NCBI GenBank assembly: GCA_977017645.1
Contig: OZ360222.1
Span: 159,216,001-159,280,000 of the forward strand
From: Torpedo marmorata
Lineage: Eukaryota
Length of the DNA stretch: 64,000 bases
Direction of reading: 5' to 3'
The notes under the pieces were generated by a model. It was not told the origin of the DNA, searched no databases, and saw only the letters and a list, made by a program, of their open reading frames with translations. The first letter of the stretch is position 1. Each line of letters opens with the position of its first letter. Positions 12,276-23,869 of this stretch are shown one piece after another. The translations under genes were made by a program, and so were the position numbers.

Positions 12276-13480
12276 GGAAAGGCGGCCCATGTTTCTGGTT
12301 GTAAAAACTTGACCTCCACACTTCTGTATCCTCCGTTTGCAGAGTATTTACTCAGAAGGATGAACCAGAATTTCAAATACGGGTTATGAAAACTATAAAT
12401 ATTATGCATTGACATGGGCTGCTCGTTTCCTGGTTGACAGGGTGACATATTGAGTCACCACAGATGGGTATAAAATACTTCTACATCAGCATTACCTTTA
12501 CAAATTTGCAAGCCAATATTCCATCCTGCATTTATTTGCAGTTGCTGATGTACATTAAAGCTTCCATCATCTCACATAGCTGCTTTCTCTTGAGTTTCTC
12601 GCCACCATCTGCCAATATCGAGACTACCTAAAACATGATAATTATAGAGGTTAGTTACTTCAGTATTAATTTCATCAAGAGCTATCTGCAGTCATTCAGT
12701 TACTTTAAAACATACTTCTAGAGATGAGTTACCTTCAGTGTTAATTTCACTGAGATATCTATAGACATTCAGTTATTTGAGCACTTGATATGCTACGATC
12801 AGTTTTTGTTGTAAAACCTGTTTTTCTTGCTATGTAAGATGTCTCCTTAAAACTGGCATTTCTTCCGTCCCAGATGGGAGGGTCATAGAATATTGGGTTC
12901 TGTCGCATTGCACTCTAGTGACATAGGCAGCACTCTTTAGAATTTCCGGAGCACTTGTACAGATGAACTACTCTCTTATTTGAAATTCTGGTTCATCCTC
13001 TGGAGTAATCGCCCTGTCCTCCTGTTGAGCAGCACTCTGCACAGTTGCGAAGTCTGAGGCGGGAAATAAATTCTATAATCAAGTATAGTATTCACACTAT
13101 TAATGCTTAAGACGACATCAATTATTAAAACAAGTTATTTGTGCTATCACCTGGACAAGGTGAGTGGCAAGATGCACAATATTGAAGTATGGTCTGATCT
13201 CTTTCTCCTCTCCAGATGTGAGTGCTTCCTCTTGATGGTCAGTCTCTCTTGCATCTCCGATGCAGAGGGGTCTCCGTTTATCCTTTCAGGTTAGTCTCCA
13301 CGGAGATGTTGTGCCAGTGTAGACTTTGCCTCTCCTTGAGAGCAGTTTATTCACGATGAGTTTAGCCTTTGATTGATTGGTTTCAGTTTGAATGTCATCG
13401 ACTATCCATTTTTAACTTAACAGCACCAAATGTCCTTCCACTGATCACAGATTGTTTCTCCAACTGTCTTGTCAGTCCCC

Positions 13481-13672
13481 AATGAGAAGCTGGAGGAACT
13501 CGGTGAGTCAGGCAGTGTCCATGTGTAGAAATGGTCAGTCAATATTTTGGGGTGAGATAGGGTCCCAACATTAACATCGAAACATTAACTAACCATTTCT
13601 CCCCACAGATACTGCCTGACCTTCTGAGTCCCTCCAGCTTCTCATTATTTGCTCAAGATTCCAGTATCTGCA
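13481..13672. mobile_element. Inverted pair of Penelope-like terminal sequences (hairpin)
   Basis: Arms of about 68 bp, AATGAGAAGCTGGAGGAACTC... and ...GAGTCCCTCCAGCTTCTCATT, are reverse complements; followed by the PLE-type end AGATTCCAGTATCTGCA. Confidence 0.75.
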
Positions 13673-14156
13673 TGTTTATATTTTCCTGTCTTGTTAGTAA
13701 CACTGAAATAATTATGCATTGCTCTTCAACCTTGTGGTTTTCCTTCGCAGCCTGCTTTGTGTAGTTCGCCATGTTGGCTTCATTGACTGCACCCATGATG
13801 CTCTGGACTTGCACCTTCATGATTCATGATTGACTCTCAATTGGCAAACCCATCTTGGAAGTCACTGGCTATGGCAGAAATCAGCAACGGCTTGCAGCCT
13901 CTAGACTTTATCGCTCAAATTAACTAGAATTGCCAGAAACCTACAGCCTGAAATGTCCTTTATCTGAAGAGAAGAACATTTTCTTTCTATTTCCCCATCA
14001 CGCCCTACCGATTACAAATGGATTTGGTGCTGGCCATCTAATTCCTTGTCATCTGTTGAATTTTACTTCATCTCCTTGCCAATCCTTTCATGTCTATCCC
14101 TCTCTACGATCTTACCTTTCCCTTTTTTTGTTTCTGTGAAAAGTTGGTAATTTCAC

Positions 14157-14412
14157 GGGGCGGCACGGTTGGTGTAGTGGTTAGCGCAACGCCTTTCAGC
14201 GGCAGCGATCGGGACCCGGGTTTGAATCCCGCGCTGTCTGTAAGGAGTTTGTATGTTATCCCCATGTCTGCGTGGGTTTTCCCCGGGGGCTCCGGTTTCC
14301 TCCCACCATTCGAAACGTACCGGGGGTGTAGGTTAATTGGGTGTAAATTGGGCGGCACGGACTCGTGGGTCGAAATGGCCTGTTACCGTGCTGTATGTCT
14401 AAATTTAAATTT
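14157..14412 (+). mobile_element. HE1/V-SINE-type SINE (young)
   Basis: Full head, V-domain-like core and GTATGTCTAAATTTAAA tail; closely similar to 2999-3269. Confidence 0.92.
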
Positions 14413-15907
14413 AGTTTTAACGACAAAGTTGCTCTAAAATGGACCTTGTTGTTGAGTTCAGTGACAAAATAATAAAGGAGCTAAAATCCAAGATAAATTT
14501 ACAGAAAATGCTGGGAATTTAAGGAGAGAAATGGTTAATAGTTTGGGCCAGTGACCAGAAACATTTTGCCACAGATGTTTTCTGACATGCTAATGTTTCT
14601 ATTATTTTATGCTTTGATAGTTGTACTATTTTTAATTACAAAACATATTTAACATTGTACTTTTTTTTGTCTCATTGGTTTCTGGATTTCTTGAAGAAAG
14701 AGACTGATTATCCAAGACTTTTGTGTTCAACTTGCAAGAATTGCATAACTTTCTAGCATTTTGTTCTTTAACAGTAGACTAACTTCTGACGCTCTAATGC
14801 TTTTTTTTAAAAGAAAGATTAGTTTTGTAATGCACTTTTACCAAGCACCGCAGTCTTGACAAATGGAAGTTGGCTTGATGCATTTTCTCATGTGGCAAGT
14901 CGAGCTGAATTTTTAAATAGATTTGGAATAGCCTGAAATAGCTTTAGAAAACAAATGGGATTACTGCAAGTGAGCAATGAGGTCAGCATAGACCAGTTTC
15001 TGTGCTCTATACTCTGACTCGAGATTAAGGAGGTTTATTTGCCCAAAAATTTATTATTTTTCCCTTGATTACTTGGAACTAATTACTGAGTGGGAAACAG
15101 ATTTGTTCCACCACATTTTTCTGTGAGAATTTTAGCATTGATTCATTGAGTGGCTTTGAACAGGAAAGCAAAATTTGATGGAGTACATCTCATGAGAGGG
15201 GCCATTGAAGAACTGAACTGTCATTCTTTTGCTCTTGCCTTTTGGGAAATGGCAGTATGGCATGTGTAAATTGCACATTAAGCATTTACATTGAAGAATA
15301 AGAACCATAATTTTAAAGGGCCATTTTCAATTGGTACATTCTATGCTTCAAAAATTCCAGTGTTTGCAGGGAGTTTCATATCCTGAGTAAATATTTGGAA
15401 TATCTTGGATTTGCAGTGAATTGCTGGTACAGAGCTATATTCTTGACTGTCTCTAGGAGAAGGTGATTATGGAGAATGAATGGAGAACAATGCTTGGTCG
15501 AACCAGTCCATTCCATGATCAGCAGCTAATTAGCATTCTTTAATTATCCATCATGCCATTGTCAGAATGGTGGGGTGGATGTGTGTTGTGGGGTGAAAGC
15601 TGGAAAAAGTGCAGGAGCACTCTCTTTCCATTACCGATTCTGGTAATGAGTGACATCTGATGTCATCAACCTACCCTGGCCTGGTGGGAATTTAAAAAAA
15701 AACTTGCAACAGCATTTGAAATGTGACATGCACGTCACAGTCTCTCAGGCCGTCAGCAGTTGCTGGGTGACTGAACTCTGTATACTTTAATTAAATCTGT
15801 AATTTTCATGGAAACCAGCTGATTGTTTAATTACAAAACCTATGCTATGAGGAAATTTTCCTTTTGTGTGTAGCTCTAATTTTAAACGGGATGAAATACA
15901 GTATCAA

Positions 15908-16275
15908 AGTTCAGATTTATTGTCAGAGTACATACGAGAATGACATCACATATAACCCTGAGATTCTTTTTCCTGCAGGCGAGGCAGAATTACCACTTAT
16001 TGGTAGTGCAAAAAACTGTTCAAGAAGATACGTACATGTGTAAACAAATAAAGATATGTAAACAAACTGCAATACAGAGAGGAAAAAAATCAAAGTGCAA
16101 AAGTAAGAGTCCTTAAATGAGTCCCTGATTGAGTTTGTTGTTGAGGAGTCTGATGGTGGAGGGGTAGCAGCTGTTCCTGAACCTGGTGGTGCGAGTCTTG
16201 TGGCACCTATACCTCTTTCCTGATGGTAGCAGCGAGAAGAGAGCATGTGCTGGGTGGTGTGGATCCTTGATGACA
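15908..16275 (-). mobile_element. Rex1/Babar 3' fragment
   Basis: ORF 16113..16301 IKDPHHPAHALFSLLPSGKRYR...RFRNSCYPSTIRLLN; GACAATAAA terminus. Confidence 0.88.
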
Positions 16276-17286
16276 ATACATTGTTCCCATCCACTTCCCA
16301 TTTTAATCTTTTTTTAAATTGAGCACTTAGTGTTTGCACCTGTTCTTCACATCTCAAGATCCATTGCTGTATATTTACAAATGGAAAGTGGTGTATTTAA
16401 TTGCTCTTCAGGAGCATGGTGTTTGATCCTTCTGAGGTGGGCAGGTTGCTATTACTTGGATTTGGGGCTTTCTGGATGACTCAGAGAGTGGATCACAGAT
16501 GAAAAACTGGTGTGGGGGAAGGTTTTTTAGGAGAAAGCCTGGTCAACACAAACCTCAGGTACTGTTTTGTTTGACATTAATTGTTGAACTGATGTAGCTG
16601 GTTCTCTGATTCACAAGGTACATGCTGCACATCAAGTGCGGAACTGTATCCAATGTGAATCGGCACCATCAGAACACAGAGAAGGAAACTGGGTATTTGT
16701 TAAATTTATGACTACTGTATTCGATCAAGCTCAACAATTGGCTACCTAAAAGCAACAGGGAAAAGATGTTGCTGTTTGGCATTTGCTGAATTGCATAGAG
16801 AGCCATTGAATGTAAATGGGGCATTGGACCTAATCTGTCCAGGCGATGCATTGCTTGTCCTCCAATCCATCTTCCTTTAACTCTTCTGCACCTTTCTCAC
16901 TTGTGTGCATATCCTTCCTCTTTAATTGCATCTATCCCACTTGGCTAAATGTTTGCTTACAGTCCTGGTTTCTAGCCACTCGGTTGCGCTGATTCCCTGA
17001 AACTGCCATTAGCTCTATTGGTGACAATAGCATGTGCTCAAGTTTTGATCCCTAACTTCTGTGAATGTAAAAGCACTTTCACACACCTACCTCGTCAAAC
17101 TCTTTCTTCATTATAAAGACTTCTAACAGGCCTCAGTTCAATTTAATAGAGCAGTAGTGTCTGCTCTGCTCCTTTGTTCCAAAAATTCCTCAGTTTTGAT
17201 AACATCTTCAAATATTTTTGTAAATTCTTAACATACTGTGTGGAATATGGCAAATGCGGTCTATACAAGGTTCAATGCGGATTAAT

Positions 17287-17425
17287 TTAATTTAGAGGCA
17301 CAATGTGGTACAGACCCTTCCAGCCCATGAGCCCATGCCATCTAATATACCCATGTGACCAATTAACCTACCAACTGGAAAATGGGAACTCAGTCACGGG
17401 GAGAACATGCAAACTCTTTACAGAC
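17287..17425 (-). mobile_element. HE1-type SINE fragment
   Basis: Reverse complement of tail and V domain (GGGGAGAACATGCAAACTC). Confidence 0.7.
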
Positions 17426-18184
17426 AATAACAAGGTGCTATTTTGCTTGTGAAACCCAGTAAGTTTTGGGGTTTGTGCTGAGTTAGTATTTGTGGTGGTA
17501 CTGAGTAGCATCAATGTGCAGGTTGTTACTGGTATTTACTTTGTTTCTAGAAAAAACAGAGTTTCCCTCATGTTTTGAAAGCCTGGTGTGACTGAAGCAA
17601 AGGTCTCATGCAGTATGTGCCAAGATAAGCCCTCTCAATCCATGTCTACAAGTACTTTACCTGATTTGGTGTGCGTTCATTGCCCTAATGCCATGATCCT
17701 ATGCTGGGCTCCCCTACACGCAGTGACTGACACGGACACACCATGTCTGCTGTGAAATCTAAGCTTTCTCTTCACTAGGTTTTCTATCCTGTTCCATTCC
17801 ACAATTTCAGACACTGCTTTACAGACCTTTGTGAATGTTTTCTCTCTCCTTCCCATTCCACAATGTTGTGGCCAATGGGTTTCAACAGGGCATAGGAGGA
17901 CCATTGCTGCCACAAATGTTCCATTTACTGCTTTCAGCATTAGCAGGAGGAATACCCTCTATTAACTCCACTGCCATCTAGAAAGTACTGCACTTTAATG
18001 CCTCACTCAGTTGGTAAAGACAATATGTAACAGAGCCTGAGTATTCTCCAAAGATTTAACTTGCTCTGAATAGAGAGTCAGAGAGAACTGCGAGAATGCG
18101 TGCTCAAAGGTTTTGATGAACCACTGTCCTCACTTATAATGACATCTGCAGGTATAGCAAGCTTGTTTGTTAAGATGGTGATTT

Positions 18185-18312
18185 AAAACAAAAACTGCAG
18201 ATGCTGGAAATCTTAAACAAAATTAGAAAATGCTTGAAACCTCGGGTCAGACCACATCTGTGGAAAGAGAAACAGTTGACATTTTCTGGTTTACTAGGTG
18301 TTTCCAGCACTT
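18185..18312 (-). mobile_element. Penelope-like terminal remnant
   Basis: CTGCAGATGCTGGAAATC...CATCTGTGGAAAGAGAAACAG motif shared with other PLE ends. Confidence 0.6.
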
Positions 18313-18496
18313 TTTATGATTGTTGAGATGCTGTGTGCAGATAAGCAAGGTGTCAAGTTTGCAACATGCGATGTTGGCTGGTCTTCCTCTGAATGAATGT
18401 CAAATATTTTGGGGTAGCAAAGGTGCAGAGAAGCTTTGTGCTGAGGCAGGAAATCTGGTATAAATTGCCCTCAGCTGAACTTGTGCATTTTGCTCC

Positions 18497-19530
18497 TAGA
18501 CAATAGACAATAGGAGCTGGAGTAGGCCCTTCGGCCCGTCGAGCCAGCACCGCCATTTTACAGATCATGGCTGATCACTACTATCAGTACCCCTTACCAG
18601 CCTTATCCCCATAACCCTTAACTCCTCTGCCCACTAGAGTCTTATCTAACTCTCTTTTGAACATAATCAGCGAATCTGCCTCTACCACCCTCTGTGGCAG
18701 AGCATTCCACAGATTCACACTTCTCTGGGTAAAAAAAATTTTCCTCATCTCCGTCCTAAAGGGCCTTCCCTGTATTCTTAAACTATGCCCTCTAGTCCTC
18801 GTCTCTCCCATCATTGGGAACAAGTAATCTGACTTCACCCTGTCTATCCCCTTGATAATTTTGTATACCTCAATCATGTCCCCCCTCATCCTTCTAAACT
18901 CCATCGGATATAAGTCCAGTTTTTCTAACCTTTCAGCTTATGTCAACCCTGCCATCCCTGGAACTAACCTTGTAAATCTGCGCTGCACACCCTCTATAGC
19001 TAGTATATCCTTCCTCAAATTTGGAGACCAGAACTGGACGCAATACTCCAGGTGGGGTCTCACCAGGGCCCTGTACAACTGCAGAAGGGCATCTCTGCTC
19101 CTATACTCCAATCCCCTCTTTATGAAAGTCAACATGCCATTTGCCTTCTTCACAGCTTTCTGAACCTGCATGTTAGCCTTCAGTGACCGGTGAACAAGTA
19201 CACCCAGATCCATTTGCACTTCCCCACTCCCTAGCTTGTCTCCATTTAAATAATACTCAGCTTTCCTATTACTGCCCCCAAAATGGATAACCTCACATTT
19301 GCTCACATTGAACTTCATCTTCCATTCTTCAGCCCACTCCCCCAACCTGTCCAAGTCCCTCTGCATTTTCCTGACATCCTCTTCACACTTTACACCGCCA
19401 CCCAGTTTAGTGTCATCTGCAAATTTGCTCATGTTATTAATAATCCCATCATCCAAATCATTTACATAAATGACAAACAACTGAGGACCCAACACCGATC
19501 CCTGCGGCACTCCACTCGTCACATCCTGCT
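18497..19530 (-). mobile_element. Young 5'-truncated CR1 LINE (RT C-terminal half)
   Basis: ORFs 18938..19522 (SGVPQGSVLGP, KFADDTK, LVRPHLEYCVQFW) and 18584..18904 are in one frame split by a single stop; (TTGTCTA)n tail. Confidence 0.95.
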
Positions 19531-20749
19531 CCTGGTTAATCTGTTCCTCTCATTTGAGAGTGAAGGGAGCAAAATGTGAAGAAGCTGTTGAGGCTCAATT
19601 TAAGCCTCTCCTTGTTTTGCAGAAACAGCCTTGGTGAATTGCTCTGTATAGTTGAGTTGGGAGCATGTGTCCAAAAGTCACTGCTAAGCCTCAGAGAATT
19701 TTTTTTTGTATGTGGTTACATGACTGAAAGCAGCTTCCTATTCCAATAACAGAATTGTAGTCCCACGTTGTTGATTGGGATGATTACATTGTGGGAAAAT
19801 GCTCATCAGGGAGCCCCACTTGGCAGTAGTCAGCAGCATGTCTGCACTTTAGAAGACTCGGATTTGTTTCCTTACTCATGCTCTGTTCTTTCATTGGCTT
19901 AAAATATGTTCAGACTTGTTGGATGTGAAAGAGAATTTTAAATTCCCTTGGAGCATTCTATTTTAAAATGGCAGAATAGAGGGCCACTTGATCTTCTCCC
20001 TGGACTACCACTATTGTATCTTTAATGCCTTGCATTTTAATTTTTCATTTACTGATGGCAGCTGCCTGTAAACTTGGCATTGCTTGAAATGAAGGGGTAA
20101 TCAAACCCATTTATTGGGTGAAATTGCCATTGATGTTGGAATAGTTTTGAAAAATAAAATGGAAATTTTTCCTGAAGACAAATTCCAGCATGGAATTATA
20201 TTTCTGTTGGTAAAACTGAATACGTGATCCTGTAGCTTAATGAGAGCAAAGGCTTGTGTATTCAGCATTGCAATGCAGGTTGCTGGGATGTCATGAACCT
20301 CCTTTCCTCTGGAGACATGTAGGATTGTGATATTGGTGGTAACCCACTGTGCCCTCTGCTCAACATAAATCCATCAGGCTAGCAATATTGTGCTTGGGCT
20401 ACTGAATAATTTACAGTCTCTGGTCTTCCTGGCTGAGGTCGGTGGGGTTCAGGGGTTAATAACAGGTTTGGTTTTCACTGTCGGGTGCTGACTTGATAAC
20501 ATATGAACGAATCCTATTCTGTTGATTAGAATTTGAGGAGGATCAATTTTTAATCAGTGGAACATCTTACTCATCAATATGTGAGAATTGCAAAGCCAAG
20601 CTGGGCATTTGTTGCACAAGTTTTTCTGTGTCGGAAAATCACAGGTACGTCCGGATTCAACATTGGGCATGTAGTAGTTGAGAATTGATTTGCCTCGAGT
20701 TTTTTTTGTGTGCACTGTACTCTTAGATGGGTTATTTAATTTAATGATG

Positions 20750-21320
20750 ATGAAAGAAAGCCTTATATTTGCATAGTAACAATGAAGTGCTTTTGAGGTG
20801 GTGTGACTATTGCAAATTGGGAAATGTAAAGGTTCCATTATTGTCACGTAATACTACATTTAGAATGTAACATACATGAAATTCTTTAATTTTTGTCTAC
20901 CGTAAGGCAGACAGAGGGTCGCTACTTTGTTCAGCGCCCCTCACAGAAACCTACAGCACCTGGTGTTCCTTGGCAGTCTCCCCTCCAAGTACTGACCAGT
21001 TCTGTGCCTGCTTAGCTTCCGAGATCAGACAATCCCAGTCGTATTCAGGCTATTGATGCTGTATCTCATCAGGCTATTGGTGCCAGCTTGTGCACACCAA
21101 GCTCTCGCACACAGCACTGAGATAAAGACTGGAAAATCTCTTTAGTAGTGTTGATTGAGGGTTTAAGAATGGCCACAGTTTTGGGAGGAATGCTCTGCCT
21201 TCCTTTTGAAATATGGAACATGTGTACATTTGAGGGCAGATGGATTTAATCTCATCCAAAAGATCGTGCCTTCAGTGCCACAGCATCAGTATTGCACTGG
21301 AGTATTCATTTAGATTTTGC
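20750..21320 (-). mobile_element. Old Deu-domain-type SINE (SacSINE1-like), interrupted by the 5S-derived SINE
   Basis: Blocks GTGCACACCAAGCTC, GTTGATTGAGGG, TCTCATCCAAAAGA, TGCACTGGAGT match the reverse complement of 27880-28290. Confidence 0.65.
20826..21053 (-). mobile_element. 5S rRNA-derived SINE (SINE3-type head plus about 120-nt tail)
   Basis: Minus strand of 20947-21053 reads AGCCTGAATACG..TGATCTCGGAAGCTAAGCAGG..CTGGTCAGTACTTGGAGGGGAGACTGCC..CACCAGGTGCTGTAGG (5S boxes A, IE, C); tail copy at 57242-57354. Confidence 0.88.
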
Positions 21321-21614
21321 TTGAATGTGTATTAACCAGGTATTGCATGTGGAAGCTCCTGTCAGATAGTAACTATTTGCAGCAGTTATATATTCCCAAC
21401 CAGCTCACATTCAGTGCAAACTATGTTTGCACCTTCCAAAGTATTTTGAGGATTCTCATCTAGTTCTGCCTCTGTCATAGTAATTGTTTAATATTCAGCA
21501 GGAATTTTGCAATGCACTTTAAAATTGGCTCAGCATTGAATGGTACATATTGGCAAACTACAAGTTGGTAGCAATGGACCAGAAGCTTGGTTCTTGTTGC
21601 TGTGTTGGCTTCAG

Positions 21615-21838
21615 GTGAAGAATAAGAGGGAAACATTCTTCCACCCAGTGGACAGTTGCAGTCTGGAATGCAGTGCCTGAGAAGGTGGTGGATCAGGTAT
21701 TAAAAGGTGTTTGGATGAGCACTTCAATTGCCAAGACAGACTCTGGACTGTGCTGGAAATATGATTAGTCTGGATGGGTACTTGATGTCAGTGTGGACAT
21801 GGTTGAAGGGCCAGGCCGGTTTCTAATGTGGTATGACA
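21615..21838 (+). mobile_element. Old CR1 3' fragment
   Basis: FFTQ..V..WNA.PE.VV motif remnant and GAAGGGCC..GTTTCT..GTATGAC tail. Confidence 0.6.
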
Positions 21839-21887
21839 ATCTAACTGTGGTCCCACTTGGGGGCAAATGAAGTCACAATCATTACTA

Positions 21888-22770
21888 CAGGTACAGAATC
21901 TTTTATCCGAAACCCTTGGGACCAGACACTTTTCGGAATTTTTTGGATAATAGAATAATAGTAAATTGCGCTAATTTCAGATTCGCGCAAAACAAAGACA
22001 CACTCCAACTAAAAGGGTCTCTGGACGTGGGGGTGGGGGTTGCGGCAGCGGCGGCGCTGGATGGGGGGGTTGCGGCGGCGCTGGACAGGGGGGTGTTTGC
22101 GGTGGACATCTGAGCTCTCGACACCCCGACAGCGGACCCTCGCCCCAGTAGCCCGAAAACCGTAGCTCCCGACACCCCGGCCGCCCGCCTGCCTACTGGA
22201 GCTCCCGGCGCCCCCTTCAGAGAACCCTTGCCCCAGCCGTACGCCCACCGGAGCTCCCGACGCCCCAGCAGCCCGCCCATCCGAGCTCCCGGCTGCGGAT
22301 CCTCGCCCCGGACACCCGCCCATGTGAACCCCCGACATCCTGGCTGCCCACCTATACGAACCCCTGACGCCCCGGCTGCCCGCCCATCTGAACTCCTGAC
22401 CGCGAATCCTCGCCCCAACCTACCGCCCATCCGAGCTCCCGATTCGGACGCTGGATGGGGGGTATTTGTGGCGGGGGGGGGGTTTGCGGCGGCGCTGGAT
22501 GGGGAGGCGTCCGGGCGTCGGGCTGTCTACGACGAATCGGGCGTTCGTATACGGTGAATCTGAGGCGCTGGACTCTCTTTTTACGCTGGCACCTATAAAG
22601 TAAGGATTCCCTAGGGTTCCACTAATTACCGACACGGACCGACACAGGATATTCAAGCGTGAGTCGCATCGGGTCATGTTTGGCACCAAACGCGAGCTTT
22701 TGGTGTGCAGATGACATCCATGGAAAAAATGTTCGGTTTTCAGAATTTCAGATAAAAGATTACGTACCTG
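21888..22770. mobile_element. Tigger-like non-autonomous element with GC-rich internal repeat array
   Basis: TIRs CAGGTACAGAATCTTTTATCCGAAA / TTTCAGATAAAAGATTACGTACCTG with TA on both sides. Confidence 0.88.
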
Positions 22771-23347
22771 TATTTTGACCCTTTACTATTGTTTTGGTCA
22801 TGCAATGCTGCTCTGTCTTATCCATTCTTCTGCTGTACACTCACAACCACTTGAGTCGTGGATTTCTCAGTTGATGCAACTGTGGCCTTCCTTGATGCAT
22901 CTTCAGAGCTGGACAATGAATCAATCAGAATTCGTGGTTCACTGCAACAGAGCCCTGGTGGGAGGAAGATTAGTGCAAGTTCCACCTGTCATATATAATT
23001 GCTTTTATATTAGTACGCATCAGTCGAACTTCAGATTTAACACTTCAATGCTTCATGAATATTAAATAATGTAAGAGCTTTCCTGCTGATGTTATAAGAT
23101 GGCTTCTCTAAGATTGGAATTCACCTACAGGAGCCTTTCCAGAGTATTGTCTTCTGGTTAAACCCACATCTCTGTTTGGAGCACTTTCCCCAGCAGGTGC
23201 ACAATGAGTGGATGAAAGGAACTGTCCTGGTAAAACTTTGTTTTTTAGCAGCTGACCATTGCACCAGAGCCAGGCTGACTGTGGATCAGCGAGTTCATAT
23301 CTGAGAAGAATGTTTATGACATTGGGTGAATGCCCAATAAACATTAC

Positions 23348-23810
23348 TACTATATATGTTGGCTCGTGTATAAGACTACCCCCTGAATTTCCACTTAAAA
23401 TGTAGGTTTTGAGCTATACTCGCTGTATAAGACTACCCCAAGTTTGACAGTTGGGACCCTTGCCACTGCCGCCCGCCCATCCGAGCTCCCGATGCCCCGT
23501 CCGCAGACTCTCGCCTAGGCCCTGGCCACCTGCCCATCCGAGCTCCCGATGCCTTGACCGCGGACTCTCACCGAGGCCCCGTCTGCCTGCACATCCGAGC
23601 TCCCGACGCCCCGAACGCGGACGCCACTCGGTCCCGGCTGCCCGCCTTCCCATCCGAGCTCCTGACGCCCCGAACGCAGACTTGCCACCCGGTCCTGGCT
23701 GCCCGCCTTCCCATCCGAGCTCCTGACGCCCTGAACGCGGACTTATTTTTAAAAGCAAATTACCCAGTAAAGGTTAACCAGCAACTTGTGCCTGGGTGCA
23801 AGACGCACAA
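23348..23810. mobile_element. Tc2-like element end plus about five 55-61-bp GC-rich repeats; other end not found
   Basis: 23348-23445 is the reverse complement of the right end of 52393-53084 (GTATAAGACTACCCC repeats); array of CCCATCCGAGCTCCYGAYGCCC units at 23468-23745. Confidence 0.75.
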
Positions 23811-23869
23811 TATTTTATTCCAACGTGCTTTGCAGAAGAAATTTGCAAATAGATTGGGAGGGAGGGTGA

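Noticed and set aside
13201-13295. Plus-strand exon (CTCTCCAG|ATGTG...TTTCAG|GTTAGT)
   Set aside because: Peptide is unrecognisable, no partner exons, and the surrounding composition fits the minus-strand relic better
20947-21053. Functional 5S rRNA gene
   Set aside because: 5' end missing or diverged, many substitutions, no T4 terminator, fused to a repeat tail and inserted in an older SINE
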